From positions 88,350,001-88,414,000 of the forward strand of contig OX597823.1 in the NCBI GenBank assembly GCA_951406725.2: a DNA stretch of 64,000 bases, read 5' to 3'. The notes under the pieces are model-generated. The model had not been told where the DNA came from, did not search any database, and worked only from the letters and a program-made list of their open reading frames with translations. Positions 28,161 to 42,950 of the stretch are shown piece after piece. Made by a program: the position numbers and the translations under genes. This stretch comes from Octopus vulgaris. Taxonomy: Eukaryota. Position 1 is the first letter of the stretch. Every line of letters starts with the position of its first letter.

Positions 28161-29266
28161 TCTTCATCAGTCACACGTATCTCTGCTGGCAAAGAAAATC
28201 TAGGAATATGTATGATATATGATGCATGAATGCCATGCAAATATGTATTGCATGTGATATGTAATACACATGACACGTAAAGTGTTTTAAATGTAGTGAA
28301 TGTACGTATTTGGACTGCAGATAACTACTATGATGCTGAAATACTTTTAGCTTCTGATATTCGTTTAGTAGTCACAGATAGAGTGAAATTTTCTATTAAA
28401 GTTGCGAAGATGTTTCTTAAATGGTTTCTGTCTCTAGTGGAATCAAAGTACTAGACCTAGGAACATAACATTACGTTTTACGTCGAGTTTCATCTAAACC
28501 TATAGCTATAAATCTATAATCTTGTACACCTGATAAAAATAATCCGTGTTAGTAGTGAAGATAGCGATTTGCTAAAAATAATGACTTAATTATAATGCTT
28601 AATATGTTTCCTAGGAAGTTTGAAGATATAAATCATGAAAAAATAGTTAAATATAAGCAAATCTTGCACAAATATCTCTGGTTTCATGACTTTATAATTA
28701 CAAAATAATCAGGTCTATGTTTACGAGTTGGCTATTGTAGAAAAAGTTTATACACATCTGAAATTAAAATCGTGACATTAATTTAAACAATGCCGATGTG
28801 GTATAACAATTCCAAACGAAAGAGAAAATGCCATTATAAAGGTGGATTTGAATACATAGTAAGAAAAAATACTGTAAGCCATTTTATACTGTCTCTTAAG
28901 CTTTCGATGTATTCTATTGTGAAAATAAAAAGAGTGAGAAAATAAAACAGGGTCAGAAAGGTGCATAACAACGTTGAAAAAAACGTCCAATTCGATTGCC
29001 TAGTTCCATTTTTTGTGATTAGAAGTATTTAAAGGATAGTATTTTCAAATAAGCCACCGAATCTATCCGGAAGACAATCTAAAACTATTAAGATTCAGAA
29101 TGATAAATATTTATTTATTTACATCCAAATATTTTAACTGTCTAGACGGACTAAACGACGCTATAACGAAATATTTCCGTTGAATACAGCTCATAGGCAG
29201 ATGTCTGGTTGATCTGAAATAACTATACAAATAATACAATTAGAAATATTTCTATCTATCTATCTA

Positions 29267-29312
<46 letters not shown>

Positions 29313-30570
29313 GAGAGACAAAGAGAGTGAGAGGGGGTAAGATAGGGGTATAGATAGATGCGCGTAAATATATGTGAATATATATAAACTTATAGACTTA
29401 TATATAGAGACGCAGCTTTATCTTAGTATACATTAAGACGCAAGCACATTAGGCTTAAACTATAGGAAAGACAGACAGCAAAATACATACAAACATATAG
29501 CGTTGTGGAATTTTATTGCGTTTTATAAAGTAATATTTACATTTTTTTTAGAACGATAGCCACTATTTAGTTTCATTCATGGAATTAGGAATATACTCTT
29601 CGTATGACTAATTTTGTAGCAAATGCGTTTTGGAATATTTATGAAACTCTGTTAACATATAACAGTTCCAAAGTTAATATTGTAATAGCTGATTCCATAC
29701 AATATATTATTTTTATGGTTTATATTTGAGATAAGGGCCTTATGTTGTTTCTCTCTGTACAATAAATATTTTCTTTAATCACTAATTTTTATTCAAGACA
29801 TTATTAACCTTGTTCTTTTTCGTAGCATTGACCGCTTATTGATATTATTTTTTGTGGTTTAGCTCCAGATCCTCTCACAATATTTTCAAAGACATTCCAA
29901 CATGGACCAACACACTACTTTTTAAACATAGTATATATTGTTCAACCCCAATCCAATGTTACTTTCCTTCTTTTATAATTTGTTGTTTGTTATTGTAAAT
30001 AAACTAGATTGTTATTTCCAGAACTCCTAAAAGCTACGCTCACTTTCTCTCTCTGGCTCCTTGCTAATGATGATAATAATCGTGTTGTTGAAATCAGGAT
30101 GTTTTTAATTATTGATTAACAAAACAGGTGCAAATTCAAATAATTCGAAATTAAAAAATAATTTAATTGGTTAAAAACTTCATTATTTTTTCAATACAGT
30201 AAACAATGTACATGTAATGAAAAAGTTCATCGCAGTCATCTAACCCTAGCTGCTCCATTTATACACCAGGTGAAATTATAGCTTTCTTTTAATTAAATAC
30301 AAATGCAAGAAATGTGTAAATAAATTCTGATTAATGAATTTTCATCACTCCATTGACTCTCTCATTAACAAAAGGCAACTAATCATGACTCCACTAATTG
30401 ATTTCTAAAATACAGCCCCTCTAAAATATCCCCCGATTTAATGGAAAGTCAGATACAGGGTACGTCCTAAAAGCCGCTCTTATGTTTTTCACACTCACTC
30501 TGCTCTTATTCAAGTTAACCAGATACTAAGGGTGCCTTCATGGAGCTAATGTTTCACCATTTTTTTTCAG

Positions 30571-30665
30571 GTACCATTGTTGTTATAAGTGGTGTACACC
30601 TTGCCTATCCTATCCAGAGTGGAGTTACCTCAAGTTATATAACCAGATGAGACATGGGCCCATTG
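30571..30665 (+). pseudogene. Exon-like segment (ectodomain, unassigned)
   Basis: Strong acceptor [18 protein letters not shown] and donor gtgagg; one frame open (YHCCYKWCTPCLSYPEWSYLKLYNQMRHGPI). Confidence 0.4.
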
Positions 30666-31639
30666 GTGAGGATTCCTCGATTTTGTGGATCTCACCCCCA
30701 CCTATCTGTTTTCTCCCGATGTTATATTGTGATCCAGAATGATTGGATTGTAACACTGTTTTACTGCAGGTATTTACCGAATGCAATATGATTGAAAATG
30801 AAGTTACCCTCAACATAATCTGGACTCTATGCGTAGAAAGTATTTCCAAACATATTTTCATACAAACTGAATCTTCCAAACAATCTCTACTTGAATCGCT
30901 ATTCTTTCTTTTTTTTTTAATCTTAAGTAATAAATATTTAGTGGTTTTTTTTTTTAGTTTCTTCCGCGTATATTAAGACTTTAAAACATATTAAAATTAT
31001 CAGCAGACATTAACTGCGTATCTGTGGCAGTCCTGCATTGTACTTTTAGAATAACAGAAAATTATAACTTCAAAGGATGTACAGGAAGAAAGGATACAGA
31101 TTTAAGGTTTTACAGCAATCTACAAAATAAGTCAGTCTTTATCGGCTAAAATATTTGCCAAAGTCTTTATCCAGAGCCTTAACTTGGTATTAGATACATT
31201 AAAGAAGAAAAAGTTTCGGTTTACGTCTAGGTAGATAGACATCACTTAAATAATGGCTTGTTACTTGGGACAGTGAAGGCTAATAACTTATTCATTCGGC
31301 TGTTTTGTTGCTCTCGATTTCCATTCATATTATGATATTTTAACATCGACTTATCGAGTCTAGAGAAATCAATGAGTAGTCGATACTAGCTTTTAGATTT
31401 CTACAATCGAATTTGTTAATGCAATTTACATAAATCTAATTGATGGTGAAAACAAAGCACTACATCGAACATTACAAATGTTTGGTCTGGTTAGATAGGC
31501 GATAATAATTTTTACGGAAGAAATCAAACATAATTCAAAATTTTGAGCAAGTCCCTGACAGGCTGTGATACCGACTCGTTTATATAATCATCAGATATTA
31601 TCGATATATTTCATACGTTCCTCGATAACTTTTTTACAG

Positions 31640-31870
31640 TCAGAGAAATTAATGGAGGCGAAAATACATAGTATATTACTTGCAAGACACAGGGATGAGA
31701 ATATTAACGGAGACATTCTAGCAATTAAAATAACAGCCAAATGTCCTTCAAACTACATACAACAGTCTCAGAAAGGTGGTTGACATTTGAGGAATGTACT
31801 CCTCGATATATCCAAAATCTAAAATGCTCGTGGTTGCAACAGGGTCGATCAGAGATCTGCTAACACAAGG
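31640..31870 (+). pseudogene. Decayed fibronectin type III exon
   Basis: Acceptor tttttacag and donor gtaaca. VREINGGENT*YITC then a frameshift into ENINGDILAIKITAKCPS resembles the FN3 W..P...NG.I..Y.I motif. Confidence 0.5.
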
Positions 31871-33635
31871 GTAACATGAGGATTAACAATAGAATCTAAA
31901 AATAGTGATGTAAGTGTAATGTGTTCTATATTCTATAACTAAGAGTGGTGGTCCTAAATCTAATAGGCGAACATGGGATAATTGATACTGTGTAGTGACA
32001 ACTTATTCGGAGATTGGCAGATCCTTCAAAGTCAAAGTTCCGTGCAAAGTCCTTCGATGTTTTTCCACACGTCCAGAATAAATATATAAAAAATATGTAT
32101 ATATATAGAGAGAGAGGGGGAGAGAGAGAAGAAGAAGAAGAGACAAACAGACAAAAAGATAAATGTATGCGTATATATGTATACACACACACACACACAT
32201 ATGTGAGGGAGTTATTGTGTCTCTCCCAGGTCCTTAATTGGTCAGGACTTGTTCACCTGCCTATTTGCAAAATAGAGACCTGAGACAAAGAAAGCAATAA
32301 TATAGATACCAGGCGTCGATTCCATTGAGTGCATTCTTTGAAGCAGTTTACATATGTCTGCGGACAAATCACCCACCCCAATAAATGATTAAAATTTCAA
32401 AAATATAAAAATAAAAAATATACGTATTCCTTAAGTTTCAACGACCTTCCTAGACATCACGCCGTCAAGTGATATGTATTTAATTTATTCCATAAGTTTT
32501 CAATTAGTTATCCCTTAGCCTGTATTACTCTCTTCTGGTTAATGAGTCTAAATTTTACTAAGATGAGTGACCACACGTTTTAAGAAAAGGATTGCCTTTT
32601 GGCCAGTTGCAGCATCCAATCGAATTCCATTCTAGGATATCTTTACAGCGCATATTGTGTTCTATATTTGACTTAAATGGTATATGAGAATATTAGGATT
32701 CGTCGAAAATTGCTATAAATGGAAATCTGTATCGTCTCCGCTTGTGACGTTAAACTTTATAATATTTAATACATATTCATTTAATATTGTCTTATACCTG
32801 ATAATCGTTCATATCTATGCTAAAACGAAAATACCAGCTTCTTCTTATTATATTCAAATGGAATTTTGTACCAGCTTATAAGTCGCATTCTTAACTCATT
32901 CTGTAGCGGTCTGCCGATGTGAGTTTGTCTTTCATCATTTCAGGGTCATAAAATAAGTATCAGTTAAGCACTGGGCTCGATATAATCGTCTTACCTCCTC
33001 CTCCAAACTTGCTTGCACAGTGCCAAAATTTGAAACCGTTAAAAATTCATACTGAGAGTTCAAATACTGCTAAAGTCAATTTTGCTCTTCGTTTCGGAGT
33101 CGATAAGATAAGGTACCAGTGAAATACTGGGATCAATGCCGTCGAATTTCCAGTCCCTCAATGTTGCTGCTCTTTTGCCAGAATTAAAAAAAAATATTAA
33201 TAGGCTCTCCCTTTCCTCCAAGTATTTTTGAAAGAAATACCTCGCAGTCTTTTGTTCCCATAAATATTATAAACTTGCCGGAATCTATACGAACCTAACA
33301 ACTGTACCTTATCTCTGAATTCAGTAATCGAAATACATTGAGAAGCTGTTGCTTGTATTTACAAATGGCAACGTAAGATTCTCTACAGAGTCAAATAATA
33401 TCGTAGAAATATCAGCTAACCTCTCCTCACACATACATGGTTATATGTAAGAGAAGGAGAGAGATATTGGTTAATATACTTCTGGATGCATATTATTCTG
33501 AAAATAACCCGCGGATGTTATCTTTAGATCGCATTCATCATGAGTCTACACGAGCAGAGCTGGCCTGGGGTTGAAAAATGAATAATCTCAAGATCAGTTA
33601 CAGTAATTTCTCGCATATTTACTTTTGTGTACTAA

Positions 33636-33686
33636 CTTCTGAAGAGTTGCATGAAGTCTGAAGAGATCCTACGAAACTGATTAAAG
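33636..33686 (+). ncRNA. Possible decayed hammerhead motif
   Basis: ctt-CTGAAGA-GttgcAT...ATcctAC-GAAAC-tga-TTA-aag; stems II and III are partly mismatched. Confidence 0.3.
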
Positions 33687-34181
33687 ATTTCTTCGATTTA
33701 TGAAATGGATATATGACCGACCGCATAACTGTAAACAAATATAACTTAGATTGCACGCACGTAAAAAAACTATACGGACTTTAACTTGAAGTTTGCTCAA
33801 AGAAAATAACATTAATGTATTTTGCAAGTTAATTTAATTATCTATGTTTATCTCCGGAGAAAATTGACTTAGCGTATACTGAAAGGGAATCAATATTAAA
33901 AATGTGAAAAAAATTCCTGAAATGGTTTAAGGTCATCATTCATGATATGAAATGCAAAGAATATTGAAGCTGAAAATCTTAACGAGCGTTTAATTGCTTT
34001 AAGTTAGTTATGTGTACATTGGCGTTGGTTTTATAATATAATTATCAGAAGATGCATTTACTATAAATATGTGTGTGTGAGTGTGAGTGTAAGTGTATGT
34101 GCGTGTCTGTGAGTGTGTTTGTGTGTGAATGTGTGTATGCATATATGTATACATAGCTAAATATCTATCTATGAATGCATA

Positions 34182-34227
<46 letters not shown>

Positions 34228-34494
34228 TTATCCGTAATAATGAAGGGTGAAATTAATTAATTTGGAATAATTATCAATTACACCAAGTAGTCTTCGGCAT
34301 GTAAAAGCCTCATTCGAGGAAAATTTAAGTAATACTAAGCAATAAAGGGTTTAGGTAAGGCAATGGTAAGGCAATTCGTTGCTAAACCATTTATTGCTAT
34401 ATATATATATATATATATAGATAGATAGATAGATAGATAGATATATAGATATTTATGTGTGCGTGTGTGTGTGTAGACAGACAGACAGACAGAT

Positions 34495-34539
<45 letters not shown>

Positions 34540-34940
34540 AAGATAGATAGATAGATAGATGGATGGATAGGTAAAGAGACAGTTAGACAGACAGACAGAC
34601 AGACAGACAGATAGGTAGGTAGCTTGGTAGATATATAGATATATAGATAGATAGATAAATGAATAGACAGATCGGTAGATGAATGGATAGATGGATGAAT
34701 GGATGTCATACACGTTTCAGATATTTGCTTCTGTAGAGGCCTCCTAGTCATACTGGGAAAAAAAGCACGGATAAAGAGTAGGAGAGAGGGGGAGGAATAG
34801 AGTGAAGGGAGGAAGGGAGAGAGGAGGAGAAGAGAAAGGAAGCGTAGAGAGGGAGAAGGAGAGAGAGTTGAATGAGAGACTAATAAAATGACAAGCAAAA
34901 GAAGGCCTAAAGTCTAGGACATGAGATTTTGTTTTTATAG

Positions 34941-35163
34941 ATCATATAGCACACTTCAGCTTATTAACTACGAATTGCCAGATATTCAACTAGAAAATAA
35001 AACGAGCCGCAACCACAGCAATAGATACTTTTTAATCAATAATTCTATGACATAAGGAGAAGTAATTGTGAAAGTATATAGGCAAGGTTGTCTACTTCAC
35101 ACAAACATTGTGATATATTACAATTTTATTATCTATGTATTATTAGGAATTGAAAAAAAGTCT
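34941..35163 (+). pseudogene. Decayed RPTP membrane-proximal domain exon
   Basis: Acceptor gtttttatag and donor gtatgc. Single frame SYSTLQLINYELPDIQLENKTSRNHSNRYFLINNSMT*GEVIVKVYRQGCLLHTNIVIYYNFIIYVLLGIEKKS with one TAA (35053-35055) where YG is typical (ELP...F.IGD...YG.Y.N..L...Y.IY pattern). Confidence 0.5.
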
Positions 35164-35289
35164 GTATGCAATCAATAAGGCAGATCATAGAGAAACGAAC
35201 GCGAATTAGGTTGCCATGATTTGTTAGTTTACTTTTTGTCATGTCATTTATTTAATTTTTTTTTGTTTCTTTTTAAACCCGCTTTTCAT

Positions 35290-35391
35290 ATAATGGATCA
35301 TCAATGTAATTCCAATACTGCAATATTTTATTTAAGCTCACAAATATATTGATCAATGTGAATCGAAGAAATTTACAAACTGTGGAGACTA
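35290..35391 (+). pseudogene. Possible decayed transmembrane exon
   Basis: WIINVIPIL / AIFLFKLTNILINVNRRN across a frameshift: hydrophobic run followed by basic residues; splice sites degenerate. Confidence 0.25.
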
Positions 35392-35753
35392 AAATTTAAA
35401 AAAAATAGAAAAAAAAAGAAAAAAGCATTAAAAATGATAAACACTTCAAAATACACTTGACTAACGGGTGGTACTAAAAGAGGGGTGGGTTAGAGACTAC
35501 ACCGAGACTTCCATAAGAAAACAATAGCGAAGAGGGAGAAAAAATAGTAATTTTTATTTGTGCGGTTCGCAATCTGTTCAAAACGTTTTATCTCTCTTTC
35601 CTTCCTACTTAAGCTCGATTTTCTTCACCGTCTTTAGTATGTAATGTCGCTAGCACTTCTACACTTCAACAAATTCTAATATTGATCCCATATCGATTTA
35701 TTGGTATAATAAATACGTTGTTACTGGTGTATATGCTGTACAATATATATATA

Positions 35754-35806
<53 letters not shown>

Positions 35807-36060
35807 GAATATTCATATATATGTATATATAAATGCATATATCCATATATATGTCTATATGCGAATTGATATATGTGAATATTTGGCGATAATGTGAATA
35901 TACAAATATATATATATATATAAATATGCATATATATATGTGTGTTTGTGTGTGTGTAAATATGCATATATAAATGCATATATATATGTGTGTTTGTGTG
36001 TGTGTAAATATGCATATATAAATGCATATATATATATATGTAAATATGCATATATATATA

Positions 36061-36098
<38 letters not shown>

Positions 36099-36697
36099 TC
36101 CATATACATATATATATATATAACATATATCCATATACATACATATATTTGCATATATATATATGTATGTATATATATATATAACATATATCCATATACA
36201 TGCATATATATATATACATATATATGTGTGTGTGTGTGTGTATACACACACACATATATATACATACATCGCCAGTATATGAGAGAAGTCATAAAAAATC
36301 ATGGACACAAATTCGATTAATTTTCGCAGTTGCCTCTAACTTATTATAGTTCGATACAATTCAGATAGAGTAAAATCGATATCAATATCTTTTTTACATT
36401 ATGTTTTTCAAAGTGGTCGTCTTCATCGATAGTAGCAGCAAACATTTGCAGTCAGCGTTAGAACATGTGTATATGTGAGTGTGGAACAGTTGCATTGTAT
36501 GCACTAGAGCTCGATGTTATTCTTTAAATTGATTCTGATAAACTACGCTCTTCTTCAGTTTGAAGGTCATACGGCAGCACATAGGTTTTACGTAGCATAT
36601 GCAGTATAGTGTGAATTATATATGCATATATGTTTTATGTATATGTATTGATATACCTCTATGTGAATATATCTAATTATATACATGTATCTAACTG

Positions 36698-36732
<35 letters not shown>

Positions 36733-36874
36733 ACGTATATGACTCCACTAGAATGGACGCAAGCGCTAATATATATGATGTGACATATTAATAAATATCT
36801 GTAAATATAAAACCATCCAGACTTCTGAGTACCTTATTTCTTCTAATATAAAATACATCATCTCCAAACCTTCT

Positions 36875-36931
<57 letters not shown>

Positions 36932-37286
36932 CTCTATGCGTGTATGTATGCATTAAAATAATTGCACACAGTACACATGACTTTTTGCGAAGTTTGTTCA
37001 AACTTTATTTCTTAAAACAAATCTCTCTTTCTCTCCTTCTTTCTCTCTCCCTCTCTCTCTCTCTCTCATTTTCTCCCTCTTTCTATCTCTCTCTTCCTCG
37101 TTAAATTCGTAGGTATATAGTGATATACTTTACACACAGATTAGCCAATAGGTTCGGTTGCTTGTTCAGTGTGATCGGAAGAAAATTATTAGAGATTTTC
37201 GTTAGTTAACAAACACATATAAGCTTAATCAAATCAGATTTAGAGCTGGCAAAGTAAGCTTAAAGATGCACACACGAAAACACATA

Positions 37287-38573
37287 CGAGGGGCGTTCAA
37301 TAAGTAATGCCTCTGACCCACTTGCAGTTGTTTGATCTAGCTGATCATGTGCAATTATTTATATCTCTATAGATTAAGTGGCAAATTACAACTCTGAACA
37401 AATTGTGGTTTCTGATTTACAGGTGTTTGAACTGAGTCAAGTGTGAAATGGAGCCTGTTGAGTGTCGAGCAGTGATCCGGTTTTTTGTATTTGAAAGGAC
37501 GCACACCACGGGAGACTTTTGATGAAATGAAAGTAACTTATGGTGATGATGCCCCATCATATGACCTTGTAAAACGCTGGCATCGTGAATTCAAACATGG
37601 TTGGAACTCTGTGGAAACAGCTCCCATGTCTGGTCGCCCCCCTTCTGCCATTGATGAGGCATCTGTCCGTCAAGTTCAGGCTGCCATTTTGGAAAATCGA
37701 CGCATAATTATTCGCCAAATAGCCCATGAGGTCAAGTTTAGTACCGGGTCTGTGGAAACTATCATTCATGACCATTTGCATGTGCAAAAGGTGTCTGCTA
37801 GATGGATTCCCAGGTTGCTCACACCTTTCCAGAAGCAAGAACGCGTCGAGTGCTCGAGGATGAATTTGGAGATGTGCCAAGAAGATGAGTCAAAATCTTT
37901 CAAAAGACTGATTACACAGGATGAAACCTGGGTCCATCACTATGATCCAGTGACCAAAGCCCAGTCAATGCAGTGGAAGCTCCGTGACTCACCTCCTCCA
38001 AAGAAGGCAAGGGTGCAGCCCTCCGCTGGCAAGGTCCTGCTCACAGTCTTCTGGGACCAGGACGGAGTAGTGATCACAGATTTCCTGGCAAAGGGTGCCA
38101 CAATTACAGGAGCCTATTATGCTTCACTTTTGAGGAAATTAAGAGAAGCTATCAAAATCAAGAGGCGGGGCAAGATCAGCAAAGGCATCCTCCTCCTGCA
38201 GGACAACGCTCCGGACTACAACTCGCGTGTCGCCAGACCAGAAGCACAGGCGTGCGGCTATGAACTCCTCCCCCATCCCCCTACTCTCCTGACCTTGCCC
38301 CCTCTAATTTTCACCTCTTCCTAGCCATGAAGTTGTTTTTGAAAGGAAAGCGTTTCTCAGATGATGCAGCCTTGATTTCTGAAGTCACGTCGTGGTTGGA
38401 GGACCAAGCTGGGGTCTTCTACAAAAACGGTCTCCAGAGTTGCATCAAACGATGGGAGAAATGTGTAACTCTGAGCGGTTCCTATGTAGAAAAAGACTAA
38501 TAACTGTGCCAAGGTTCGTTGCTCTACTGCTATGGGAAGTGGGTCAGGGGCATTACTTATTGAACGCCCCTCG
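37287..38573 (+). mobile_element. Full-length mariner (Tc1/mariner) DNA transposon, 1287 bp
   Basis: TIRs cgaggggcgttcaataagtaatgcc(t/c)ctgacccactt of about 37 bp with 1 mismatch; TA at 37285-86 and 38574-75. Confidence 0.97.
37448..38500 (+). pseudogene. Mariner transposase, frameshifted
   Basis: MEPVECRAVIRF (+1 T in a poly-T near 37481) ... WIPRLL ... ITQDETW ... LQDNAP ... (-1 C near 38280) YSPDLAPSNF ... RWEKCVTLSGSYVEKD*. The third catalytic D reads N. Confidence 0.95.
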
Positions 38574-39569
38574 TACACACACATACATATATATATGTGT
38601 GTGTGTGTAAATAAATATATGTATAATCTATCATATACGTACATATATGAATATAAACATATCTTATCCCTATATATATATATAATAGGTGTTTCCTAAC
38701 CACATAATTGCAGATTCAGTCCAACCGCATGGCACCTTGGGTAAGTGCCTTCACCTATAGCCGCTATAATCCCACTAAACGCTATAATCCCACTAATATC
38801 CGATAAGATTTAGCTTTGAAAACGGTGGAGACCGTTTCATATAAAACTGAAATTACGAGATTCAATTTGGGCCCTCGCGAAAGATCAAGCGCCAAAGCAC
38901 TATAATATAATCTGTGCACTGAGGGAATTCAAATTGTCACATATGTCTTTGAAACGTGTCTTGCTGTTTCTGTTCCGTTCGAGTTCTCTTCTTGAATTAG
39001 AATGTTAGCCATAAACCTGAAAATTCGACATGCCTTTAAAATCGGTTGCGTCTTGAGACTACAAACGCTAGCACTCTTGAACAAAATTTTCCTGCTTGGT
39101 GATCGTCTAACGTGCAATAGTTTACTTGAGTTGTTCCTTCTGTCACTCTGATCAAATATTGTATATTAAGTATATTAAGCTTACTAATTAAATTTCTCGA
39201 AAATGTAAATGTGTTTCATTAATATGCGTTTTATGATGTCATTGATCACAAAAGATGTAATTTATGCATAGCAGCATAATTCCGGATGTAAGTATCGCAT
39301 CCTTTTACTTTACTTAGATTATCACAAATTGCATTAACGTGTTTTAGATTAATTCTTATCAAAATGATGGTCGATGATAGCAAAAAAGAATAAACATATG
39401 ATAACATGTATGTTGCATTAATCTTCCAAGAATCTGAAATTATTATTTGCCTCATGATTAGAATGACACGTGAAAACTTTTTAACTGAGGAAATTCATCT
39501 ATGAGCTTAATGAATTCTAAAATTTGGATAGATGTTAGGAATCTAATCTGTGTTACGCTCGAAAGAATT

Positions 39570-40048
39570 GTTGGCATCCTTGTCTCGGGAGACAATGGAT
39601 TTGCACGTGAAATAATCTATTCCGGCTTTTACATTTCATGTCCTAATACATCTCCTGCTGTGGCTGTGTAGTCCTATCCTGGACAAACACTCCCTATAGC
39701 AGGTGCCGCAAATGTTGCGAAGACTTTGCCTGGCTGGTTGGAATGTCATAGTTTCTTGTTGACGTCTTTTCTTGTATTTCCATTTCTTCTCTCCCTCTAT
39801 GTCATTCCTTTGTGTTCCCTCTTTTACGGTACGTCACCATGTCCACGGTTGCTGGCAACTGCTTCCCAGTTGCTAATATTGATGTCGCAGGCATTCAGGT
39901 CCCTTTTGCAAACATCCTTGTATCGTAAGAACGGTCTTCCCACAGACCTAGTGTCCCTAGCAAGCTCTCCGTACAGTATGTCTTTGGGGATTCTGCCATC
40001 TTCCATAAGGCTAACATGTCCAAGCCATCTCATACGTCTATGGAACAT
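39570..40048 (-). mobile_element. RTE (BovB-like) LINE 3' fragment
   Basis: RRMRWLGHVSLMEDGRIPKDILYGEL....RSVGRPFLRYKDVCKRDL. Confidence 0.9.
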
Positions 40049-41215
40049 ATAATGGATTCAGCCGATTCACAGCTACCTTTCTTGGGTTAAGTTTTAAAAC
40101 AACCTTTGAAAGGATGAAGATATATTCGATCGACAGCATATGAGCCCCACATTGAATCCGAATAACTTCTTTAACAGCAACAAAATATTAACAGCTCAAG
40201 CTATGTACACATACGTTACATACGGAGAATGATTTGTCGGCAGAGGTAATCCCCCAAACAATCATTCATTTAGGAATTCAAAAGAGTTACAATATTATAT
40301 TGCTAGTGACAATACTGAACATATTGTATGATCAGATCGCAGCCTCACCATTCCAAGTAAACTCCAGGGCAATTAGACATACGTTACTAAGTTCTTTCTG
40401 TATTTTTACTATCGATTCACAAAGTACCGCCAGCACTTCAACGTGGGTGAGATTTCCTCTAAAATAACAGCTGCACATGCTAAATTACAGTCTCTACATC
40501 CAAACAGCAAACTATTCGAGTACCTTAGGCTCTGGGCACAGTCATAGACCACAGCTAATCGAATACGCTGAACAGAGTACAGTATTTTGTACAATACTGT
40601 AAATATTTCTCACCATGCACTCATTTAAAGAAAATAAAAGCGAAATCGCAAAAACCTGAAATAAAGAATGCAAAGAATTCATAACATATATTCAAATAAC
40701 CTAAGTATGTATGTGAAAGAGGTAACGATAAATCTCAGAAATGGTGGCAAATAAAATGAAAATAATATATAAAACACAACTAAGTTCCTTAGCTTTGAAA
40801 TATCCAAAATGTCCTTCTACAGAATACACCAGAATATGTATATGCACATGGGAAATGCAAAGACGGGTGTAGAAGAATACCATAGCACTGGTTTGCAAGT
40901 TTACGGGATATGCAGAAAAGCAGAAGCAGAAAATATGAATCACCTCAAAGCTAGAACATAATAAACTGAACAATATTCATGAATATTGAAGAATAAAATG
41001 AACATACTTATTTATATATGTGTGTGCTTGTGTATGCGTGGGCGTGTGTGTGTGTGCGCGTGTATGTGTGTGTAGATCGGTAGGTAGTTACGTATGTATG
41101 TAGGCTGGTAGGCCGCTCGTTATTATTCGCCGATACATTTCCATTTTACATCTGCAATTTAGTTTCGATCGAGGAGATTTTTAATATTATTCTATGAATA
41201 AATACGTATGTCAGA

Positions 41216-41705
<490 letters not shown>

Positions 41706-42262
41706 ACACGTACAATATACGTATGTATGGATATATATTTAGGCTTATGTATGTATACAAGATCATTTGAAATCAGTTTTTTTTAACACATTACTTCCGA
41801 AGAGAGTATTTTTGAAAATTTAAAACAAAACATACATTGTTCTAAAGTACTATATTGATTTTCATTACCGTTTTGTTATTGTGCATTGCTTATGAGACAA
41901 TTTACACGGACAGATCAAAGAATAAAAAGATCAAATTTGTTATATGCAAATTTTATAATAGAAAAAAACGTTATGAGAAAAAATTCTTGTTTATTACTAC
42001 AAATAGGAAAGCGCTTGAATGAAGAACTTGCGTCTCACTATGATGAGTAACTGTTTCTTTTATTTTTTATCTTTTCTATATCAAGATTACATAAATTCTT
42101 ATATATTTATAGAAACAATATACCGCATACTGGTATAATAGCATCGTTATCATACATTACAAATGGAAAATATTTTTTCTTCGTTCAGTATTTTTTGTTG
42201 ATAAATTTAGATATGAAGCACGTTGCTAAAGAAATCAATATTGTTTTATTTCTTCTTTTCAG

Positions 42263-42348
42263 ACGAGATAAAAAAGAATGAAGAATTACAATTACCTTCA
42301 TATAAGATATCATGTTTGGAAGATATCGCTTCGAAGTGTATATTATTT
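42263..42348 (+). pseudogene. Clean exon, putative juxtamembrane region (DEIKKNEELQLPSYKISCLEDIASKCILF)
   Basis: Textbook acceptor tttcttcttttcag and donor gtaagt; 86 nt, open phase 1 to phase 0. Confidence 0.6.
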
Positions 42349-42663
42349 GTAAGTATTATTATAATATGTATTTGCATTTACATATCATCAGCATTCATCT
42401 TGCATCATTCAAATATCTATTCACATAGAAGGAGTACATATACATGCATATATTTATAAGAATATAGGATTATATCCCCAACATTTTAGTATATATACTA
42501 ACATCTTTCATTCTCTTACGAAGTCTGCAGCATAAGAAAGCATTCATATTTTATTCAGAAAATATATCGTGTATTAAATAGGATAAAACTTGATTTAATA
42601 TTAGCCATATTCATTTGATAATATGCAATATATTTCGCTTCTTGTATTTAGACATTTGCACAC

Positions 42664-42664
<1 letters not shown>

Positions 42665-42727
<63 letters not shown>

Positions 42728-42790
42728 TAATAATAATAAAATAATAGAAATTTTAAAAAGAATAATAATAATAATAATAATAAAAATAAA

Positions 42791-42821
<31 letters not shown>

Positions 42822-42863
42822 TAATAATAAAAATAAAAATAATAATAATAATAATAAAAAATA

Positions 42864-42903
<40 letters not shown>

Positions 42904-42950
42904 TTAATAATAATGATGATGATAATAATAATAACAACAACAACAACAAT
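42665..42950. repeat. (TAA)n microsatellite
   Basis: Directly visible. Confidence 0.95.

Noticed and set aside
22404-35163. Idea that in-frame TAA/TAG stops in the RPTP-like exons are repaired by A-to-I editing or a variant genetic code
   Set aside because: Editing would give Trp only, the stop at 35053 sits where Tyr is expected, and several exons also need frameshifts. Ordinary decay is simpler.
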